A stretch of 64,000 bases of DNA, taken from positions 124,001 through 188,000 of the forward strand of contig NW_027191415.1 in NCBI RefSeq assembly GCF_041146345.1, written 5' to 3'. Made by a program: the position numbers and the translations under genes. This stretch comes from Neodothiora populina. Taxonomy: Eukaryota. The notes beneath the pieces were generated by a model. The model was not told where the DNA came from, searched no databases, and saw nothing but the letters and a program-made list of their open reading frames with translations. Each line of letters begins with the position of its first letter. Positions within the stretch are counted from its first letter, which is position 1. This document shows, piece after piece, positions 59,302-64,000 of the stretch.

Positions 59302-61218
59302 CTACAGTTTCGCCAAGACTGTATTCCGCCCTCCCTTTCCCTTTCCCTCTTTTCTTTCCTCATCATCACCATCATCAAAACCATCAAGCAGAACCCTCTC
59401 CATCCTCCTCTTCCACTCCTGCACAAGCGCCTGATCCATAGCGTCAGCATCATAGCTGACATTGACGTCGATACTGAAGCTGTTTTTGTCTGTTGCGGAA
59501 AACGAAGACCCGCTTATGCCGACTAGGAACTCGCCCTCGCGGGCTCGGACGTTTTGTCGCGTTGAGAGGAAGTCGGCTGCGAAGGATAAGGGGTCTTCTT
59601 GCTCTTCTTCTAGGTCTTGAGTGCTTGTGGTGTGAGCTGAAGAAGAAGAGGAAGAAGAAGAAGAGGAGGAAGAAGAAGAGGAGGAAGAAGAAGAAGAAGA
59701 GACGTCGTAGACGCCCGACGCCCAGCCCGTCTTGCCCACCGAGCTGATACCGCATGTTCCTCTCTGGGGTGGCGCGCGAGGCACAAGACTGCCCTGAGGC
59801 GAGGCGTTATTGGCGCCCGTCAAAGCCTGCTTGAGCGCCGTCGTGGGCAGCTTATCCCTCGCGCGCTCGACGGAGGAGATGTAGTTCGTCGCTAGCATTC
59901 TGCCGGCGCCTCTGCTGCCCATGTAGGAGATCGGGTCTGTTTCAGCAGCAGGCGAAGAGGCGCGCTTCTGGTACAGGCGGAGTTGGCGGTGGGATTGGCG
60001 CACGAGGACTCTGAATCTTTGAGCGGTGTTGAGGTCGCTGGGCAGGAAGGGCAGGGAGACGCCGCCGTCGGAGAAGGCGAGCATCATGCTGTTTGGCTCT
60101 TCGTGGTGGTTGAAGAACGGACGGGGGTTGATGGGGAAGCCGCCGAGGAAATTTTTGCGCTGCGAGAGGGGGATCGAGGGGAAGGCGCTTTCGTACATGG
60201 ACATCATGACTAAGGCTACTAGGGTGAAGCATCCGGCTCCTATGCTCGTTCTTGTTTCGCGACATAGACTGTAGAGACGGCGAGAGGCGTGGGGTGATAG
60301 TTTCAGTGGACAAGTCAAGGTCCTTGTCGGAGGCCTGACGCTGTAGTCGAAGAGTTTTGGGTATGTATGAGCAAGGTTCGTAAGGGCAGGGGAAGGAGTG
60401 GGTTTGAGAAGGGGGTTGGGGAACTCGGTTGGCAGAGGCCTTTTGACATGGCGCAAGACTATGGTGAGAAGCCAGAACCAGCGCTGCTTTGCCCGACACC
60501 CGCTTAGACGTGGGTAGAGGTCTTCTTGTGGCAAAGGTAGTCGCTTGCGGATTGCAGCCAGGTCACAGGCGTCCGTCAGCTGCTTGTTCAAGTCCGAGAG
60601 AGGAAGATTGAGGAGACGGAGGAAATGGCTCGTCCATGAGAAGTTGGTGAGTCCGTCGGAGATCTCGTGGCTGATGACAAACAAAAAGCTCAACTTCGCT
60701 TTACCGTCAGGGCCTGGATGGAAAGGTAGCACGAAGAGCTTTGCCAGTGCCTCTGCCGAGTCGAATGTTCTGCCGGTGTTTTGGGCATGCAGGAACAACT
60801 TGTTGCCATCCAATTGGCTGTAGTGGTCTTGAGTATATACAATCTGACTCGACGCCTCCTGAATGGCCTCTTGGGGCGTTCGAGGAGGACTCAAAAGGAA
60901 GAACCTGTTGTGTGAGGCGTGGTCCGATATCATGTACTTTTGCTTGTTGACTGCCTTGCACATGAGAAGAACATGATGCAATCGTATGAGTGCCCAAGCA
61001 GTCTCGATTCTCCTGCGAAACTGTGTCTGAGATAGATGACATTTGACTTGCAATTCGAGAAGTGCATTGATGTCGGCTCGCCCCTCAAAGTATCGACCGT
61101 CGGTATCGAATGCACTTTCCACAAGTCCTAGTGGCCGATAGATTACAGTCCGTTTTTTGTCCTTTGTCTCATGCCATGAGTGGTAGTTGTTGGCGTACTG
61201 GTCCAGCCAGTGAGGCAT
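59302..61218 (-). CDS. Putative CoA-dependent acyltransferase (alcohol O-acetyltransferase/condensation-like fold) with PTS1-like -AKL
   Basis: 638-aa intronless ORF; RPLGLVE N-terminal motif, HxxxDG motif FVISHEISDGLT, poly-Ser insert. Confidence 0.72.
   Translation of the reverse strand: MPHWLDQYANNYHSWHETKDKKRTVIYRPLGLVESAFDTDGRYFEGRADINALLELQVKCHLSQTQFRRRIETAWALIRLHHVLLMCKAVNKQKYMISDHASHNRFFLLSPPRTPQEAIQEASSQIVYTQDHYSQLDGNKLFLHAQNTGRTFDSAEALAKLFVLPFHPGPDGKAKLSFLFVISHEISDGLTNFSWTSHFLRLLNLPLSDLNKQLTDACDLAAIRKRLPLPQEDLYPRLSGCRAKQRWFWLLTIVLRHVKRPLPTEFPNPLLKPTPSPALTNLAHTYPKLFDYSVRPPTRTLTCPLKLSPHASRRLYSLCRETRTSIGAGCFTLVALVMMSMYESAFPSIPLSQRKNFLGGFPINPRPFFNHHEEPNSMMLAFSDGGVSLPFLPSDLNTAQRFRVLVRQSHRQLRLYQKRASSPAAETDPISYMGSRGAGRMLATNYISSVERARDKLPTTALKQALTGANNASPQGSLVPRAPPQRGTCGISSVGKTGWASGVYDVSSSSSSSSSSSSSSSSSSSSSAHTTSTQDLEEEQEDPLSFAADFLSTRQNVRAREGEFLVGISGSSFSATDKNSFSIDVNVSYDADAMDQALVQEWKRRMERVLLDGFDDGDDEERKEGKGKGGRNTVLAKL
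59638..59702. repeat. (GAA/GAG)n tract encoding ~20 Ser on the minus strand
   Basis: gaagaagaagaggaagaagaagaagaggaggaagaagaagaggaggaagaagaagaagaagaga. Confidence 0.9.
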
Positions 61219-61396
61219 CTCTATAGTGGCGAATTTAGATATAATGTATATAGCCGATGTAGTCCACTGACCTGGACGTGAAGTACACTCCCGGCGTGAA
61301 AATCGTCCGGGACAGAGATCAAAGGGTTAGCTCCTTAGATACTACTCAAGGGCAGTCTGCGAGCTCCACTGTAATCACACAAATGCTTGATCGTCG

Positions 61397-61422
61397 ATAT
61401 ATATATATATATATATATATAT
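61397..61422. repeat. (AT)n microsatellite in the divergent promoter region
   Basis: About 13 perfect AT units. Confidence 0.92.
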
Positions 61423-61749
61423 GTATACCCTACCTTGATGTAGTACGAGTAGATCTGTTGTAGCACCATACCGGCATGTCTTCGGGTAGATCACATGCGC
61501 ATGTACCGCGCTATCCCAATCCGGTCGGGTTGCGCCACCTCTCATTGACACCTCAAACGGAGGAATGCAAGTGATTATTCATCCTTTTCCTTGGTTTTCC
61601 TTTTCTATCATCTTTGACTGACCGCATAACACCTTGCCTCACAGATAGTCCGTCAAATTAGAACAGAAAACTCCAGAAACAGAGTACAGCAAAGCAAGAA
61701 GGAAAAAGAAACAAAAGAAGAGACAGTGAGCCTCTAGCAAGAGAGCAGG

Positions 61750-63393
61750 ATGAGCGAAGAGGCAGCACTACAAGCAAGGATCGCAGCGCTGGCTGGTAAG
61801 ATCAACCACCTCTCGTCGTCATCGAGCGCGAAATCACTCAACACTGGCGCAAGAAGTAACACGTCGAAAACAGGGCGCATCAATCAGCAGAAACAGAGCG
61901 ATGGCTCTGCGCCGACTAACGCATATAGCTACAGCGGCGGTCATCGTGCAGCTCAGAACAGATGGACTCCGTATGCGCAGTCGCATTCACCGTATCCTAG
62001 CAGAGGAGGAGATGGCGCTTATCAGCGACCGTCGTATTCTGCCCATCGCAACAAAACCCTCGTAGTGAATAATGCTGCTGGACCTCCTTCTAAAACCGAT
62101 GACTCACATGTGACGCCAGCGGCAGATTCGCCTGGCTGGGTGTCAAGACGTGATCGAGGTCATATGCAACTCATCAACACGAACGTCTACGATCAGAAAA
62201 TGCAGCAGAAACAAATGGACATGGAGGAAACAGCGAAACAGAAGCAGCGTCTGAGAAACGAACAGGAGAAAAACAAGGTCATTAGACATGTACACGGAAC
62301 CACCACTGCTCAGCCAAACTCGGCGGCTGCAGCAACTCCTCGAGATATCGTCATCAACGATCTGAAGTTCCGCGTGTCCACTGATGGCAGTAAACTCATA
62401 CGTGTGTTTGGTGAGTCTCCAGATCGGTTTGGCCTTCCAGGATATACGCTCAATGAAGCAGACGGCTCCAACAAGGACGCGCAATCCACTCCAAAACAAG
62501 CGAAAGTCGCAGGTGTCACTTTTCATCGCAGCAAGCATGGAAATCTATACCGCGCTGGCCTTGTAAAGAGCTCCATGAGGTACTCCGCAAAGCCTCACCT
62601 GGGCACCATTCGGTCACTTACTGACCGCGACAGAAAAACAAAACCGGCAAAGAGCGTGAAGCTTTGTCCAAAATTCACATCTACTGGTACCCGTTCTTCC
62701 ATAACATCTCTGGCCAGTCGACGATTGACAGGAAGACATGAGACGAATCCTCTCCTGAATACTGTTGGTAGGCCCGATGGACAATCACTGACATTGAATG
62801 CAGGTATATGCCCTCTTGGGCCGCGTTGCCGGTTCACCCACGACGTCAGCAGGATCGCAATATGTCCGCATTTTCTGCGCCACGGAGAATGCGCCGCCGG
62901 AGATGAGTGTAACCTTTCGCATGACCTCACCCCTGAACGTGTTCCCTGGTGCATACATTTCATCCGTGGTCACTGTACCAAGGAAGACTGTCGCTTTCTG
63001 CACGTCCGTCCCAGTTCGACTGCACCTGTCTGCGGCCCCTTTGCCACCATGGGGTACTGCGAAAAGGGCGCCGAATGTCAAGGTCGTCACGTGAATGAAT
63101 GTCCAGATTATGCTAACACAGGTGTTTGTCGTAAACGCGATTGCCGTCTGCCTCATGTTGACAGTGTTGCGAACAAGCGCAGGGCAGAAGCGGTCAAGGT
63201 TGGCGACTCACAAGGTAGTCCCAACGCCATTGCCAATGATGCTTCTGATCTGTCCAGTGACGAAGACGACTATCAAGAGATTGACTCTGACGATGTCGAC
63301 TCTGATGACCTGGATGAGGAGGATGTGATCATGACTGGCTCTGGCCTACAAAGCCACGAGCTCTCTCAGCAACAAGACTTCATTTCCTTTTGA
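61750..63393 (+). CDS. Tandem CCCH zinc-finger protein (ZC3H3/Red5-like); probable introns 61796..61873, 62411..62461, 62580..62633, 62687..62803
   Basis: Five C-x7/8-C-x4/5-C-x3-H fingers after splicing; HMQLINTNVYD and TFHRSKHGNLYR motifs; acidic tail. Confidence 0.88.
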   Translation: MSEEAALQARIAALAGKINHLSSSSSAKSLNTGARSNTSKTGRINQQKQSDGSAPTNAYSYSGGHRAAQNRWTPYAQSHSPYPSRGGDGAYQRPSYSAHRNKTLVVNNAAGPPSKTDDSHVTPAADSPGWVSRRDRGHMQLINTNVYDQKMQQKQMDMEETAKQKQRLRNEQEKNKVIRHVHGTTTAQPNSAAAATPRDIVINDLKFRVSTDGSKLIRVFGESPDRFGLPGYTLNEADGSNKDAQSTPKQAKVAGVTFHRSKHGNLYRAGLVKSSMRYSAKPHLGTIRSLTDRDRKTKPAKSVKLCPKFTSTGTRSSITSLASRRLTGRHETNPLLNTVGRPDGQSLTLNAGICPLGPRCRFTHDVSRIAICPHFLRHGECAAGDECNLSHDLTPERVPWCIHFIRGHCTKEDCRFLHVRPSSTAPVCGPFATMGYCEKGAECQGRHVNECPDYANTGVCRKRDCRLPHVDSVANKRRAEAVKVGDSQGSPNAIANDASDLSSDEDDYQEIDSDDVDSDDLDEEDVIMTGSGLQSHELSQQQDFISF

Positions 63394-64000
63394 TATGTAT
63401 CTTTGGCCGCACGATCGCGCATTTGGCGCCGGAGGGAGTTTTGGGCCTTTGCTAGGCCTTTCATTGATACCCTGCCTCTGGACTTGTTCTCGGCTTGGAT
63501 AGCTATCGATTCTTTATGTCGACTAGTAGATAATAAGCAACAGAAATAAAAAAAATCACTACTATATATATTACTGTCCACTTGCTTGACTCCCATGACC
63601 GCATTAGACAGGTTGCGCTTGTTCATCTATCCCCAGCCTTCTGAATCCACAGCAAAGCCCCCTTGCCCCTCGCGGCTTCTATAAACAGTAACCCATTACG
63701 AGCGCTATACTCAATCACGAGTAGATACAGCAGGAATAGGATGGAGAAATGTCGACTGCGACACAATATGTTGGCTTGGCCCGGTGGCACAGCCTCAAAT
63801 CCGACAGCTCCTCCGCAAGTCAGCCAACAGCGTTTACCCCGACCGGTTGATCGTCATGAGACACGGTAGGTATGGATGGATCAAGCACCGAGCAATACTC
63901 GAGTACAAAGAGAAATCTCCAGTGGTTGCACGCCTTGGGAGCTAGAAGACCCAATCGCGAGAATTATATACAACTCTGACGGCGATCCACCCAGGCTTTC

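Noticed and set aside
1..64000. Transposons, CRISPR arrays or a secondary-metabolite cluster
   Set aside because: No transposase, RT, integrase, LTR/TIR pair, spaced repeat array, PKS, NRPS or terpene synthase recognised by eye.

Overview
Intron-containing fungal nuclear DNA from a filamentous ascomycete, probably Eurotiomycetes (lineage inferred from gene content and intron signals). Conserved core genes lie at both ends. Left: a Myb-like factor, tRNA-Thr(AGT), a Bax-inhibitor protein, an AsnB-type amidotransferase and a WD40-like CaaX protein. Right: PTC7, PRP4, MPS1, a CYLD-like deubiquitinase, mitochondrial uL5m, VPS10, an HxxxDG acyltransferase and a CCCH zinc-finger protein. Between them, about 16-39 kb is a gene-poor accessory block. 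It holds three disrupted genes (a Cys-repeat/GH5 fusion, an F-box paralog, a large secreted modular protein), an intact F-box gene, a HAD hydrolase, a second Myb gene, a dispersed 5S rRNA and an SDR reductase. No transposon or CRISPR array is recognisable. The most unusual signal is the CCCH gene: all four of its apparent introns are 3n and stop-free, and one of them splits a zinc finger. All gene models were spliced by hand and no database searches were run.
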